This document shows positions 28,608-39,326 of a stretch of DNA of 64,000 bases, one piece after another. The DNA lies in assembly GCA_963665295.1 (NCBI GenBank), contig OY762209.1:4480001-4544000 (forward strand), written 5' to 3'. The notes beneath the pieces were generated by a model that saw only the letters and a list, made by a program, of their open reading frames with translations, had not been told where the DNA came from and searched no databases. The stretch is from Syntrophorhabdaceae bacterium. Its GTDB lineage: Bacteria; Desulfobacterota; Syntrophorhabdia; Syntrophorhabdales; Syntrophorhabdaceae. The translations under genes and the position numbers were made by a program. Every line of letters begins with the position of its first letter. The stretch's first letter is position 1.

Positions 28608-29558
28608 GTGAGAGTCGCAGTCACCATGGGAGACCCCGCGGGTATAGGCGGGGAGATCATCTTGAAGTCACTGCCTGATCTTTGCCGTAAAAGCATTCCC
28701 GTAATAATAGGAGATCTTGCTGTCCTTGCGGCTTACTCGAGTCGCATGGACAGTCCCGCTCCTTTCAGAAAATTCGGTCGCGGACGCCCCGGAGAAGCGG
28801 AATTCATAGACATGGGACTCGTGTCCGGTGTAGATTTCGGGGTTGTCGACGGTCGTTACGGAGAGGCGGCATACAGATACATCACGGAGGCCCTGAAGTA
28901 CATCTATGTCGGCGATGTCGCCGCTCTTGTCACGTGTCCTATCAACAAGCTCTCGGTGCATAAGGCCGGCATACCTTTCACGGGCCACACCGAACTCCTC
29001 GCCCACTACGGCGGTGTTGCCGATTACATTATGATGATGGCAAACAGGGACATGCGCGTCTCCCTCGTCACCATCCACATCCCCCTGAGGGACGTGCCGG
29101 ATTCCGTCTCGTGCGAAAAAGTCCTGAAGACCATAGTGATTACCCACCGAAGCCTGAAAGACCTGTTCGCAATCAAGGACCCCCGGATCAAAATCTCGGG
29201 CCTTAACCCTCACGCAGGCGAAGGGGGTATCATGGGCAATGAAGAACGGTTAATAGAAGAGGCAATCACCGTCGCACGGTCTCTCGGGATCAACGCGGAA
29301 GGCCCTTTCCCTGCAGACACCCTCTTCCATCGCAGGGACTGTGACGGGTTCATTGCCATGTATCACGACCAGGGCCTCATTCCGATAAAAACGGTTGATT
29401 TTGGAAGAACCGTCAATATTACGCTTGGGCTCCCCTTCATACGTACTTCTCCGGGCCACGGCACGGGCTTCGATATCGCGGGAAAAGGGGTAGCGGACCC
29501 AACCGGCCTGATCGAGGCATACAGGGTAGCCGAGGAAATGGCTTCCCGCCTCGAATAG
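28608..29558 (+). CDS. pdxA: 4-hydroxythreonine-4-phosphate dehydrogenase
   Basis: TMGDPAGIG, GHTE, GLNPHAGE, MYHDQG, HGTGFDIAG. Confidence 0.95.
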   Translation: MRVAVTMGDPAGIGGEIILKSLPDLCRKSIPVIIGDLAVLAAYSSRMDSPAPFRKFGRGRPGEAEFIDMGLVSGVDFGVVDGRYGEAAYRYITEALKYIYVGDVAALVTCPINKLSVHKAGIPFTGHTELLAHYGGVADYIMMMANRDMRVSLVTIHIPLRDVPDSVSCEKVLKTIVITHRSLKDLFAIKDPRIKISGLNPHAGEGGIMGNEERLIEEAITVARSLGINAEGPFPADTLFHRRDCDGFIAMYHDQGLIPIKTVDFGRTVNITLGLPFIRTSPGHGTGFDIAGKGVADPTGLIEAYRVAEEMASRLE

Positions 29559-29567
29559 AAGGACACC

Positions 29568-30881
29568 ATGGATTTATTTGGAAACACCCCCTCTGATTAC
29601 ACTACGAGAAAACCCCTCGCGGACCGGATGAGACCGAAGAGCCTTAATGATTTCGTCGGCCAGGAGCATATTCTCGGAGAGGGCAGGCTGCTGAGGCGCC
29701 TTCTCGAAAAAGGAGACATACCCTCCATGATCCTGTGGGGACCGAGCGGCGTGGGTAAAACCACCCTTGGATGGCTCATGGGCCGCTATATGAAGCTGCC
29801 CTTTGTCTCCCTGAGCGCGGTAAGCATCGGGATCAAGGAAGTCAAAGAGGTGATTCAGAAGGCCAAACTGCATAAGATCATCCTTTTTGTCGACGAATTT
29901 CACAGATTCAACAAGCTCCAGCAAGACACCTTTCTCCCCCATGTTGAAAACGGGGTCATTATTCTCATAGGGGCAACCACGGAAAACCCCTCTTTCGAGA
30001 TTATCTCTCCCCTCCTGTCACGAATGAGGGTCCTCACCTTGAATCCTCTCAAGAAAGAAGATATCGCCAAAATTATCACGAGGGCGCTCAAGGAGGATTC
30101 CGAACTCAAAGCGGCTTCATTAAAGGCCGGGGATGACGTTATCCAGGAGATCGCGGGCCTTGCAAACGGTGACGCGAGAAGGGCCCTTAACCTCCTGGAA
30201 TTATGCCACAAGATGGTGAAGGAGGCGGGAAACCCGGAGCCGGTCATTGATCATACCGTTGTAAGGGAGGCATATCAGAAGAATATCGCCGCTTACGACA
30301 AGAAAGGAGAGATGCATTATGATTTCATCAGCGCCTTTCACAAAAGCATGCGGGGTTCCGATCCCGACGCGGCCCTTTACTGGCTGGCACGGATGTTAGA
30401 GGGCGGCGAAGACCCACTCTTCATCCTGAGACGGATGGTACGGTTCGCGTCGGAGGATATCGGCAACGCGGACCCCCATGCCTTGACCCTCACCATTTCC
30501 GCTATGGAGGCTTTCAGGTTCATTGGTCCTCCGGAGGGCCACCTTGCCCTGGCCCAGGCGTGCATATACCTTTCCCTCTCGGAGAAGAGTAACGCCGTCT
30601 ACGAGGCAATGAACGCGGTTTCAGGGGATGTCAGGACCCTCCCTGAGTACGGCGTGCCGATGCACATCAGGAATGCGCCCACAAAGCTCATGAAAGAACT
30701 CGGTTACGGGCAGAGTTATCTTTATCCTCACGATTTCGACGGAGCCATCGTAAAGCAGGATTACTTTCCGGAAGAACTGAAGGACAAGCGGTACTATCGG
30801 CCCACGGATCGGGGATACGAGAAACAATTGGGGGCATTCCTCGAAAGGGTGAGAAAAGTGGTCAAACCGGATCAAGCCTGA
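29568..30881 (+). CDS. rarA: Replication-associated recombination protein A
   Basis: PLADRMRP, GPSGVGKT, ATTENP, KSMRGSDPDAA, SEDIGNADP. Confidence 0.96.
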   Translation: MDLFGNTPSDYTTRKPLADRMRPKSLNDFVGQEHILGEGRLLRRLLEKGDIPSMILWGPSGVGKTTLGWLMGRYMKLPFVSLSAVSIGIKEVKEVIQKAKLHKIILFVDEFHRFNKLQQDTFLPHVENGVIILIGATTENPSFEIISPLLSRMRVLTLNPLKKEDIAKIITRALKEDSELKAASLKAGDDVIQEIAGLANGDARRALNLLELCHKMVKEAGNPEPVIDHTVVREAYQKNIAAYDKKGEMHYDFISAFHKSMRGSDPDAALYWLARMLEGGEDPLFILRRMVRFASEDIGNADPHALTLTISAMEAFRFIGPPEGHLALAQACIYLSLSEKSNAVYEAMNAVSGDVRTLPEYGVPMHIRNAPTKLMKELGYGQSYLYPHDFDGAIVKQDYFPEELKDKRYYRPTDRGYEKQLGAFLERVRKVVKPDQA

Positions 30882-30910
30882 CCGTCACATACCGGTACGG
30901 CAAAACGCCT

Positions 30911-31522
30911 TCACTTCATGACAGCCATCTTTCTATCGTGATACCGCGAAAACAGGATAACGGCCGTCATGGACCCCACAAGGGCCCAGAACATATCGGA
31001 TTGTGTATCCCAGACATAGCCCTGTGTCCCCAGAAAGGCCTCTGCCGACTCTCCTGTCAGTAAAGCCGTCCACCATTCAATCAACTCATATACGGCGCTT
31101 ATGGCAAGGGCCGTGCAAACCGCGAAAAACCCCGTCCACATTCTGCCGTTCACCACGTGGAGACGCGTCACCAGTTCCCTCGTAATGAGAGCCGGGACAA
31201 ATCCCTGGGCAAAATGTCCCACCTTGTCGTAGTTGTTCCGGACTCCGTTGCACGCCCTTGCGATCCAGTGGAAAAGGGGCACCTCGGCATATGTGTAATG
31301 ACCTCCCACAAAAAGGATCACACAGTGCACCAGTATCATGGTGTAGGCAAAGTCGGTGAATCTGAACCTCTTGTACGTGCATGTGAGAATCACAAACCCC
31401 GCCACCCCGGGGATGACCTCCAGAACCCACGTAAAATGGTCTTTGGGTTCTATCGCGGACCAGACCAGCACCGCAAGATACACGACGATCAACAGACAAA
31501 GGTACTTTTCCTTCCTTATCAC
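30911..31522 (-). CDS. DUF2238 (YjdF-like) inner membrane protein
   Basis: GGHYTYAEVP, RNNYDKVGHF, YELIEW, FLGTQG.VWDTQSDM. Confidence 0.92.
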   Translation of the reverse strand: MIRKEKYLCLLIVVYLAVLVWSAIEPKDHFTWVLEVIPGVAGFVILTCTYKRFRFTDFAYTMILVHCVILFVGGHYTYAEVPLFHWIARACNGVRNNYDKVGHFAQGFVPALITRELVTRLHVVNGRMWTGFFAVCTALAISAVYELIEWWTALLTGESAEAFLGTQGYVWDTQSDMFWALVGSMTAVILFSRYHDRKMAVMK

Positions 31523-31743
31523 CCCTGACTCCCTGCGCCCTCTCCGTGTCCCCGCGGGAGCGCTTCATTGCTCTGTTTACCATGATTATCGCATCCCCGG
31601 GGAGGCTTTTCAAGAATGAATTCGCTACAAAGAGATCGCCTCGCCCTGTCCCTTCCGGCCGGGCAGGGGCCGCCGCGCCGGGCGCGCCGAAAAACGCAAC
31701 CCTTTGTTGACTTCATCAAGGCATTATGGTTTAAAAAAGGAAT

Positions 31744-32502
31744 ATGAGCAAGATCCTTGTGCCTTACAGCAACGATTTTGAAACAGGTTACGATACGGTT
31801 GACTGCGAAAGTCCCCACAGGGTCATCGAAATATGGCTCAGGATCAAAGACGCGGCTGATTTTGTGGAACCGGAACCTTGCTCGGTGTCCGATCTTCTTC
31901 TCGCCCACAGCGAAAAGCTCGTGAAGTCCGTGGAGGGCGACAGCGCGCTCTTCTCAGTCGCAAGGCGGGCGGCAGGAGGCGCTATCATGGCGGCCCGGAC
32001 AGCGGTAACGGGCAAACCCGCTTTTGCACTTATCAGACCACCCGGTCACCACGCGGGATATGATTTCAACGGAGGTTTCTGCTTCTTCAACAATATGGCT
32101 ATCGCCGTAAAGAGACTCCTCTCAGACGGGCTCATCGGGAATGCCCTGGTCGTGGATATCGACCTCCATTATGGGAACGGAACCTTCGACATAGTCAAGG
32201 ATGATCCGAGAATCGCCTTCCGGAATATTTCCGCCTCCACGAGGTTCGAATTCATGGATGCCTTTGAGGATGCCCTGAAGGATGCCGCCGCCTTCGACAT
32301 AGTCGGATGTTCGGCGGGTTTCGACACCTACATAAAGGACTGGGGAGCAACCCTTCTGACCCGGGATTATCAACGTATGGGGAGCCTCTTCGCCTCCTCG
32401 AATCCCCGGCACTTCTCAATCCTCGAAGGGGGCTACTATATTAACGATCTCGGCATCAATGTGTCGGCATACCTGAAAGGCATACAGGAAGCTTGTTTGT
32501 AG
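31744..32502 (+). CDS. Short histone deacetylase family (Zn-dependent deacylase) protein
   Basis: RPPGHHA, GFCFFNN, DIDLHYGNGT, SAGFD, LEGGY. Confidence 0.9.
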   Translation: MSKILVPYSNDFETGYDTVDCESPHRVIEIWLRIKDAADFVEPEPCSVSDLLLAHSEKLVKSVEGDSALFSVARRAAGGAIMAARTAVTGKPAFALIRPPGHHAGYDFNGGFCFFNNMAIAVKRLLSDGLIGNALVVDIDLHYGNGTFDIVKDDPRIAFRNISASTRFEFMDAFEDALKDAAAFDIVGCSAGFDTYIKDWGATLLTRDYQRMGSLFASSNPRHFSILEGGYYINDLGINVSAYLKGIQEACL

Positions 32503-34763
32503 CTGCCGTCCTCTCTTTCGCCGCCGGCATTTATCTGGAGGCGTCGCGCCCTTTTCCTCTCGCGGCCCCCGCCCTTTTCCTCCTTATCCTTCCGTTCTTT
32601 ATCCCGTTTCTCATCAAAAGAAAGCAACATTTCGCCCTCTGCGTCATGATCCTTCTTTTTATGTGCGCGGGCATAATTCGCCTGGGGATCGTGAGCAGGG
32701 GTGCGGTGGCGGCCCCTCCGGAGGACGGCCGGGCGCTGTATGAAGGGCTCGTCATCGAATCGTCGCCCGCCACGAAGACAATGGAGATCGAGAAGCCTGC
32801 CGACCTCAAGGGGGTAAAAGCCATATTCAGGACAGACGGGGCGCTCAAGATAAACGACAGGATCAAGGTCTTCGGGCACATGAGGGAAATGGACCTCACC
32901 TTCAACAACCCCGGCCTGATCTCATGGAAGTGGATGAAAAGACTTGAGGGCGTATGCTACGAGATAAAAGGCACCCTCGTTTCGGCCTTCCCCGGCACAA
33001 ACTACATCCACGCCTGGAGGGAGATGCTTGCCCGGAAGATCGATGCGTCAGGGGCCCGGAATCCCGGCATCCTGAAGGCGCTCACCATCGGTGACATGTC
33101 GGGGGTTAACGAGGCGACAAAGAGCCTTTTTGCAAAGACCGGTACGTCTCACATACTCGCGATCTCAGGTTCGAACATCGGCATCGTTACCGCATTCTTT
33201 TTCTTCATCGCCCGCACCCTTATCCGCAGGTCACACCGTCTGAGACTCCGGGGCGACGATATACGCTTCGCGGCGCTCCTTTCCATCCCTTTCGCGATCC
33301 TCTTCATGCTCACTGCCGGTTCGAGCATCCCCACCATCCGGGCCACTATCATGATCACGGTCTTTATGATCGCCCTCTTTTTTGAAAGAGGCAAACATAT
33401 GATCAATACCATCGCCCTGAGCGCCCTTGTGGTGCTTCTCATCTACCCCCACTCACTCTTTTCGCCTTCCTTTCAGCTTACCTTCATGAGCGTCCTCTTC
33501 ATTGTAATATGCACCGAACGTTTCCACCCCCTGTTGCGCATTGAAAACCGCGTATTGAAATGGCTCGCATCCTCCGTCCTCATGACCATAGCCGCCATGA
33601 TCGGCACCCTGCCTATCGTAATCTACCACTTCTTCGGGATTAATCCCTTTTCCGTGGCTCACAACCTTATCGCCATACCTCCCATGTGCATCGCGGCCAT
33701 GCCCATGAGCCTCGCGGGGCTCATCCTTCCGTGGGGAGAGGTCCTCCTCCGGTTCTCAGGAGAAATCGTAGCCTACACTATCGTCATCCTTGAGCACATG
33801 AATGTGGGCTACATCTATCCCATCATCCGCCCCACCGTTTTCGAGTGCGCCCTCTATTTCTCCTTCGCCCTTTCCCTTATCTTTATCAACGTCCGCCTTG
33901 TCTCTGCCTGTCTCATTTTCGTGCTTATTCCCTTTTCCGCGGGCTACACATACCACGCCTACCAGGAGAGGTTCCACAACAAGACCCTCTGTGTAAGCCT
34001 GCTGGATGTGGGACTGGGCGACGCAATACTGCTTGAGGCGCCCGAGGGCTTCCGTATCCTCATGGACGGGGGAGGACAGACCAGGGGTAATTATGATATA
34101 GGCAAGTCCATTATCACCCCCATCCTCCTCTCAAAAAAGATAAGGACCCTCGACTATGTGGTGAACACCCATCCCCACGGAGACCATGCGGGAGGACTCT
34201 TCCATATCCTTCAGTCCTTCCGGGTCAGGCATTTCGCCACGGGTGCGTATTTCGGAAGAGAAAGCAGGTTTATCGAGATGCTGGCCCTTCTCACGGAAAA
34301 GGGCATTCCCCTTGAAATATGGCAAAAAGGAGAGCGCATCCGATTCAGCGACAAGATGACGATGGAAGTACTCAATCCTCCTCGCGGCATTTCCACGGAA
34401 AACCCCAACAATGCCTCCCTTGTTCTGAGGGCTGTTTTCGGGAACAGCTCCTTTCTTTTCACAGGGGATATCGACAGGGAGGTCGAGGAAAGGCTCGTCA
34501 TGGACGGTACCCCCTTGAGGTCCGACGTTCTTAAGGTGCCCCATCATGGCAGCCGCTTTTCGAGTTCCCCTGCCTTCGTCCGGTCGGTCAAGCCCTTCCT
34601 CGCGGTACTGAGCGTGGGCAAGGGGATCAGGGGACTTCCGGGGGACGACGCCCTTATGACCTACAAATCCCTCTCCGTCCCCTTACTGAGGACGGATAGA
34701 AACGGCTTCATCCGGGTCTGTTCCGACGGCGAAAGAATCACCTGCGCGTCATTCCGCGAATGA
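32493..34763 (+). CDS. comEC: DNA internalization competence protein ComEC/Rec2
   Basis: SHILAISG, SFQL, DVGLGD, THPHGDH, FTGD, KVPHHGS. Confidence 0.93.
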   Translation: MFVAAVLSFAAGIYLEASRPFPLAAPALFLLILPFFIPFLIKRKQHFALCVMILLFMCAGIIRLGIVSRGAVAAPPEDGRALYEGLVIESSPATKTMEIEKPADLKGVKAIFRTDGALKINDRIKVFGHMREMDLTFNNPGLISWKWMKRLEGVCYEIKGTLVSAFPGTNYIHAWREMLARKIDASGARNPGILKALTIGDMSGVNEATKSLFAKTGTSHILAISGSNIGIVTAFFFFIARTLIRRSHRLRLRGDDIRFAALLSIPFAILFMLTAGSSIPTIRATIMITVFMIALFFERGKHMINTIALSALVVLLIYPHSLFSPSFQLTFMSVLFIVICTERFHPLLRIENRVLKWLASSVLMTIAAMIGTLPIVIYHFFGINPFSVAHNLIAIPPMCIAAMPMSLAGLILPWGEVLLRFSGEIVAYTIVILEHMNVGYIYPIIRPTVFECALYFSFALSLIFINVRLVSACLIFVLIPFSAGYTYHAYQERFHNKTLCVSLLDVGLGDAILLEAPEGFRILMDGGGQTRGNYDIGKSIITPILLSKKIRTLDYVVNTHPHGDHAGGLFHILQSFRVRHFATGAYFGRESRFIEMLALLTEKGIPLEIWQKGERIRFSDKMTMEVLNPPRGISTENPNNASLVLRAVFGNSSFLFTGDIDREVEERLVMDGTPLRSDVLKVPHHGSRFSSSPAFVRSVKPFLAVLSVGKGIRGLPGDDALMTYKSLSVPLLRTDRNGFIRVCSDGERITCASFRE

Positions 34764-34816
34764 GGGCGCACTTCAACGGAATTCCGCGGGCATACCCCGG
34801 CCGGCAGTGAGGCCGG

Positions 34817-35731
34817 CTATCGGTTTTTGCCTTCCAGCTTTTCGTAAAGAACCCCGTAGCGCACGCCGTTGGCACTCACCACAAGTTCCCCGGACCCGAA
34901 ATAGGTCATTATCTCACGCATGAGGAGAATACCCTGGAGGAGGATATCTTCTCTTCCCGCTTCCATGCCCTTCATCTTCCTCCTCTCCGAGGCGGACATG
35001 ATCTTCATTTCCCCTACCACGCGATCCATATCATCCGTCGAAATGCGAAGACCATGTATTATCTCCTTGTCATACGATTCAAGGCCCAGAACAAGGCTCG
35101 CAAGATTGGTGACGGTCCCCGCGGTCCCCACAATTCCCAATCCCCGTCCTTCAAAAGGGGTTGATATGGTATCCTTAAGAAAATCCGTAAGGCGGGTGAT
35201 CTCGTCCGCGGCGGGGGGATCATGTTTCACGAACATTTCGGTGAGTTTCACGGACCCCACAGGTAAAGAGACGAAATCGATGAACCGGGTCAGGTTCCCC
35301 TCGATAATTTCAGTACTGCCTCCGCCTATATCAACAATGATGAAGCGATCCATTCCGGAAAATCTGTCATGGGCCACGGAAAGCCACGTATAGCAGGCCT
35401 CCTCTTGCGCGGTGATGACCCTGATCGCGATGCCGAGTTCGTCTTTCACACGGCAAACGAAGATGTCGCTGTTGCGGGCTTCCCTCAACGCGGCTGTCCC
35501 GACACAGTATATCTCTCTCACTCCATGTTGTTCCGCGACTTCCTTGTACCGGACAAGGGCCGAAAAGGTCCTCTCCATGGCTGCCGGGGAGAGCAGGCCC
35601 GTCTCTTTAAGCCCTTCCCCGAGCCTTGCAATGGTGGATAGGTCCATGAGGTCCGCCATGCGGCCCGCCTCAAAATCGACTATAGTGAGCAGGACAGTAT
35701 TGGTCCCGATATCTATGGACGCATATTTCAT
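34817..35731 (-). CDS. ppx: Ppx/GppA family phosphatase
   Basis: IDIGTNT, TAALREARN, DIGGGSTE, GVRYG. Confidence 0.9.
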   Translation of the reverse strand: MKYASIDIGTNTVLLTIVDFEAGRMADLMDLSTIARLGEGLKETGLLSPAAMERTFSALVRYKEVAEQHGVREIYCVGTAALREARNSDIFVCRVKDELGIAIRVITAQEEACYTWLSVAHDRFSGMDRFIIVDIGGGSTEIIEGNLTRFIDFVSLPVGSVKLTEMFVKHDPPAADEITRLTDFLKDTISTPFEGRGLGIVGTAGTVTNLASLVLGLESYDKEIIHGLRISTDDMDRVVGEMKIMSASERRKMKGMEAGREDILLQGILLMREIMTYFGSGELVVSANGVRYGVLYEKLEGKNR

Positions 35732-35765
35732 TTGACAACCTCCCCAAAAAGATAAATATTACTTT

Positions 35766-36512
35766 ATGCTTTTTGGTGGTGTCATGTCCATTATGGATTT
35801 TACAAGTGTCGTGGCCTTCGTGTCGGGACTGCTCTCGTTTTTCAGCCCCTGCGTGCTGCCCCTTGTACCTTCATACCTTATATTTATCAGTGGCATAAGC
35901 TTCGATAATTACATGCATCCCGATGCGGAAAGGGGCAGATACCGGAGGATCGTCCTCGCCCACTCCATCGCCTTCATATTCGGGTTTTCCTTCGTCTTCA
36001 TCTCCTTGGGTATCTCATCCTCCTTTATAGGGAGTTTCTTTTCCGAATATCAGACCTATATCATACGGTTCGGCGGCCTTGTCCTCATCGTAATGGGCCT
36101 GTTTTACCTCAACATCATTAAGATGCCCTTTCTGAATCAGGAAAAGGTCATTCATCTCCACAAGAAACCTCTGGGGTTCATGGGATCTTTCATCGTGGGG
36201 ATCACCTTCTCCCTCGGATGGACACCCTGCGTGGGGCCCGCCCTGTCCTCCGTCCTGATCATAGCCTCCACCACGGAAAGCGTGCTAAAAGGGGTTTACC
36301 TTCTCAGCCTCTATTCCCTGGGTCTGGCCATACCTTTTGTAGCCTCGGCCCTCCTTTTCGACAGGCTCTTCGCTTTTTTGCGACGGTACGGACAGGTTGT
36401 CAGGTATTCTATGAGAATCATGGGGATCCTCCTCGTAGTTATCGGCCTTCTGCTGGTGACCAACTATTACGGGATGTTGACCCAGAGGTTGGGGATGATT
36501 TTCAGTTTTTGA
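35766..36512 (+). CDS. ccdA: Cytochrome c biogenesis protein CcdA (DsbD TM domain)
   Basis: SFFSPCVLPL and GWTPCVGP motifs; exact start uncertain. Confidence 0.92.
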   Translation: MLFGGVMSIMDFTSVVAFVSGLLSFFSPCVLPLVPSYLIFISGISFDNYMHPDAERGRYRRIVLAHSIAFIFGFSFVFISLGISSSFIGSFFSEYQTYIIRFGGLVLIVMGLFYLNIIKMPFLNQEKVIHLHKKPLGFMGSFIVGITFSLGWTPCVGPALSSVLIIASTTESVLKGVYLLSLYSLGLAIPFVASALLFDRLFAFLRRYGQVVRYSMRIMGILLVVIGLLLVTNYYGMLTQRLGMIFSF

Positions 36513-36549
36513 CAGGGGACCCGTTTTTCTTCCGTCCGGGCTTGAGCGG

Positions 36550-37452
36550 TTAAAAGTCGAGTTTTGCCAGTTCTCCCTTAAATTTGTCCTTGAATTTCTT
36601 TACGACCTTGTTTTCGATCTGCCGCACCCGCTCCCTCGAAATGCGAAATTTGGCGCCTATCTCCTGGAGCGTCACCGGCTCTTCCGCCATAATGCGGTGA
36701 TCAAATATGAACGCCTCCTTATCGTTCAGGGTGGCTTTGAATTCCAGGACCTTCTTGGACAGAATCTTCGATCTTTCCCTGCCGCTCACGATCTCTTCGA
36801 CGTTCTCGTCGCTCCCCATCATGTCCATGATCGTGTCTTCGCTATCTTCATGAATGGGCGTTTCAAGGGAGACATCCGTGTACGCGAGCCTTTTTTGCAT
36901 GTCTTCCACCTCCTCTTCCTTCACGTCGAGGGTACTCGCGAGAAGTTTAGGGGCGGGGTATATGCCCAGGGCCTCCAGTTTTTGTTTTTCCTTATTCAGC
37001 CTGTAAAAAAGCTTCCTCTGCCCCTGGGTGGTTCCCACTTTTACAAGGCTCCATGAATCCATGATAAACTTCAGCATATAGGCCCTGATCCAGAATGAGG
37101 CGTAGGTGGAGAACTTGGTGCCCTTGTAGGGGTTGAACTTTTTCACCGCATGGAGGAGACCCACGTTGCCTTCCTGGATAAGGTCGAGGATATTGAGGTA
37201 TGTGTTGTAGTATTCGAGGGCTATCTTGACTACGAGCTTGAGGTTGGATATGACGAGCTTCTGGGCCGCATCGCGATCCTTGTTCTCATACACGAGTCGG
37301 GAAACCTCAAACTCCTCTTCGCGGCTGAGCACGGGATATTTGGATACTTCGGCAAGGTATGTCTTTAACGGGTCAAAAGGGAGCGGCAGACTCTTGTCTT
37401 CCACCAGCTCCAGGGCTTCATTCGTTTCTTCAAGAAATGTCTCGTCAACCAA
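36550..37452 (-). CDS. rpoH: RNA polymerase sigma factor, RpoH/sigma-32 type
   Basis: DLIQEGNVGL, FSTYA.FWIRA, RpoH-box-like WSLVKVGTTQGQRKLFYRL, SRERVRQIE. Confidence 0.85.
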   Translation of the reverse strand: MVDETFLEETNEALELVEDKSLPLPFDPLKTYLAEVSKYPVLSREEEFEVSRLVYENKDRDAAQKLVISNLKLVVKIALEYYNTYLNILDLIQEGNVGLLHAVKKFNPYKGTKFSTYASFWIRAYMLKFIMDSWSLVKVGTTQGQRKLFYRLNKEKQKLEALGIYPAPKLLASTLDVKEEEVEDMQKRLAYTDVSLETPIHEDSEDTIMDMMGSDENVEEIVSGRERSKILSKKVLEFKATLNDKEAFIFDHRIMAEEPVTLQEIGAKFRISRERVRQIENKVVKKFKDKFKGELAKLDF

Positions 37453-37458
37453 CGCTTT

Positions 37459-38451
37459 CTATGCTCCCCTTACCTGTATAAGCTCCGCCACTATGCTGAC
37501 AGCAATCTCCTGCGGCGTCTCGGAGTTTATCTTGAGGCCTATAGGCGCATGAACCGCGCTCAAGGCCGCGTCCCCGACGCCTTTATCTTTCAGGTAATCG
37601 TACACCATCTTTATCTTTCTCCTGCTCCCTATCATGCCTATGTACTTCGCCGGTTTCTTGAGCGCCTCTTCCAAAACGTAGGCGTCATGTTTGTGTCCCC
37701 TGGTGACGATCACGTCATAAATATCGCCCTCATAGTCGAGATCTTCGAAGACCTTCCGGAAATCGGCCACGATCACCTTGTCCGCTTCGGGAAATCGTGC
37801 CTTATTGGCGAAATCTTCCCTGTCATCTATGACCACCACGTTGAAGTCAACCATCTTGGCCGCCTGAGCGACATACCGGGATATGTGACCCGCGCCGAAT
37901 ATATACAGGGTGGAGGCAATCCGTATGGGCTCGATTACCACGCCGTCTCCCAGGACTTTCGGTCTCTTCTCTGAAAAGAACTGTCCGTACTGGTCGCTAT
38001 TCTCAATCGGATCTCCCCACATTCCACCGTAAGCATCCACAAGAGATTTAAGGAAATAGTCTTTGCCGAACCTGGTCACCAATATTGCACGTCTCCCACG
38101 TTTTTCCAGGTTTTGAACCGCTTCAAAGAGGCCTTTGTGCCGCTCGAAGAGGGGCTCCAGGAAGACATCCACATTTCCCCCGCAGATCATGCCTCCATCC
38201 TCCACTTCCTTGCCGTTCATCCTGTAATGAACAAACTTCGCCTCTTTGGTTTTCATGACCTTCCGGGCTTCCTGCCACACCTCGGCCTCCATGCAGCCGC
38301 CGCCGACGGTGCCGAAGAACCTTCCATCCTCACCCACAAACATCTTGGCCCCTTCCTCCCTCGGCGCCGCCCCCAATTTGTCGGCAATCGTGGCAATAGT
38401 GCCCGTCTTTCCCTGTTCCAGATACTCCCTTATCACCTCATAGACTTCCAT
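37459..38451 (-). CDS. xdhC: XdhC/CoxI family molybdenum hydroxylase accessory factor
   Basis: PREEGAKM, GTVGGGC, GMICGG, FGAGH, YIGMIGS, ETPQEIAVSI; RBS GAGGAG before ATG 38451. Confidence 0.92.
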   Translation of the reverse strand: MEVYEVIREYLEQGKTGTIATIADKLGAAPREEGAKMFVGEDGRFFGTVGGGCMEAEVWQEARKVMKTKEAKFVHYRMNGKEVEDGGMICGGNVDVFLEPLFERHKGLFEAVQNLEKRGRRAILVTRFGKDYFLKSLVDAYGGMWGDPIENSDQYGQFFSEKRPKVLGDGVVIEPIRIASTLYIFGAGHISRYVAQAAKMVDFNVVVIDDREDFANKARFPEADKVIVADFRKVFEDLDYEGDIYDVIVTRGHKHDAYVLEEALKKPAKYIGMIGSRRKIKMVYDYLKDKGVGDAALSAVHAPIGLKINSETPQEIAVSIVAELIQVRGA

Positions 38452-38481
38452 CTGCACTCCTCATTCAGTCATATTTTGTCT

Positions 38482-39324
38482 TTATCTATTCATCGAGTGC
38501 AGAACGGCCTCAAGAACGCCGCCGCCTATAGCCCTGGCTTTGTCGGAAACGGTGTAGCAATATTCCTTTATTCCCCGCGGATCTATATCCCCGATCTTTT
38601 CTCGCGCTTCAACATCTATTTCCCGGATCAGGCCCCTGAGGACCCCGTCAAAAGGCGCATACGTGGGCTCGCTGCCGACGTAAAGCACAAGCTCTCCCTT
38701 TTTCACCTCGTCGCCGATCCTCTTCACGTTCTTCACCGGACCCGCCATGGGAGACCTCAAGACCCTCTCCGTGGTATAACCCATGACCGATCCCGGTACG
38801 CCCGTGTACGACTCGGCAAATCCGTCATAAATGGTCTTCCCGAGGTCATGTCCCCTCTTGCTCTCCACCACGACGTGCACGTCTAGGGGCGCGTTGAAGC
38901 CGGGTCCTACCCCGATCACCAATGGCGCTTCTTCGGGTTTTGTCCCCAGATTCCTTTTTGCCATGATGGCATCAACCACAACATGGGGTTTCAGGACTTC
39001 AACCGCTGTCCACCGGGGGTCGACCATGACCGCCACGTGCCTCCTCTCCCAAACCCCGTCAAGTTCGTCGAGGCCGACGATCAGCTCCGCCGTGATGCCC
39101 TCGACTCCCATCTCTCCTTCATAGACCGCTTCGGAGAATGACACGGTCCGCCTCACGCAAAGCGGCGCAGGGATCTCCATCATCAGGATCCGGGTAAAAT
39201 TGGACATGAAGAGCCTGATGGCAATGCCTGTTGCCACATCGCCCGCCCCTTTTACGATAATCTTCAGGTCCGACAGACTTGAACCGGCGGTCCGCTTATC
39301 CGCGGAAGATAGTGTTCCGTCCAT
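38482..39324 (-). CDS. yqeB: Selenium-dependent molybdenum cofactor biosynthesis protein YqeB
   Basis: VKGAGDVATG, VRRTVSFSEA, DAIMAKRN.GT, RGHDLG, KIGDIDPR, SDKARAIGGGVLEA. Confidence 0.92.
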   Translation of the reverse strand: MDGTLSSADKRTAGSSLSDLKIIVKGAGDVATGIAIRLFMSNFTRILMMEIPAPLCVRRTVSFSEAVYEGEMGVEGITAELIVGLDELDGVWERRHVAVMVDPRWTAVEVLKPHVVVDAIMAKRNLGTKPEEAPLVIGVGPGFNAPLDVHVVVESKRGHDLGKTIYDGFAESYTGVPGSVMGYTTERVLRSPMAGPVKNVKRIGDEVKKGELVLYVGSEPTYAPFDGVLRGLIREIDVEAREKIGDIDPRGIKEYCYTVSDKARAIGGGVLEAVLHSMNR

Positions 39325-39326
39325 GA

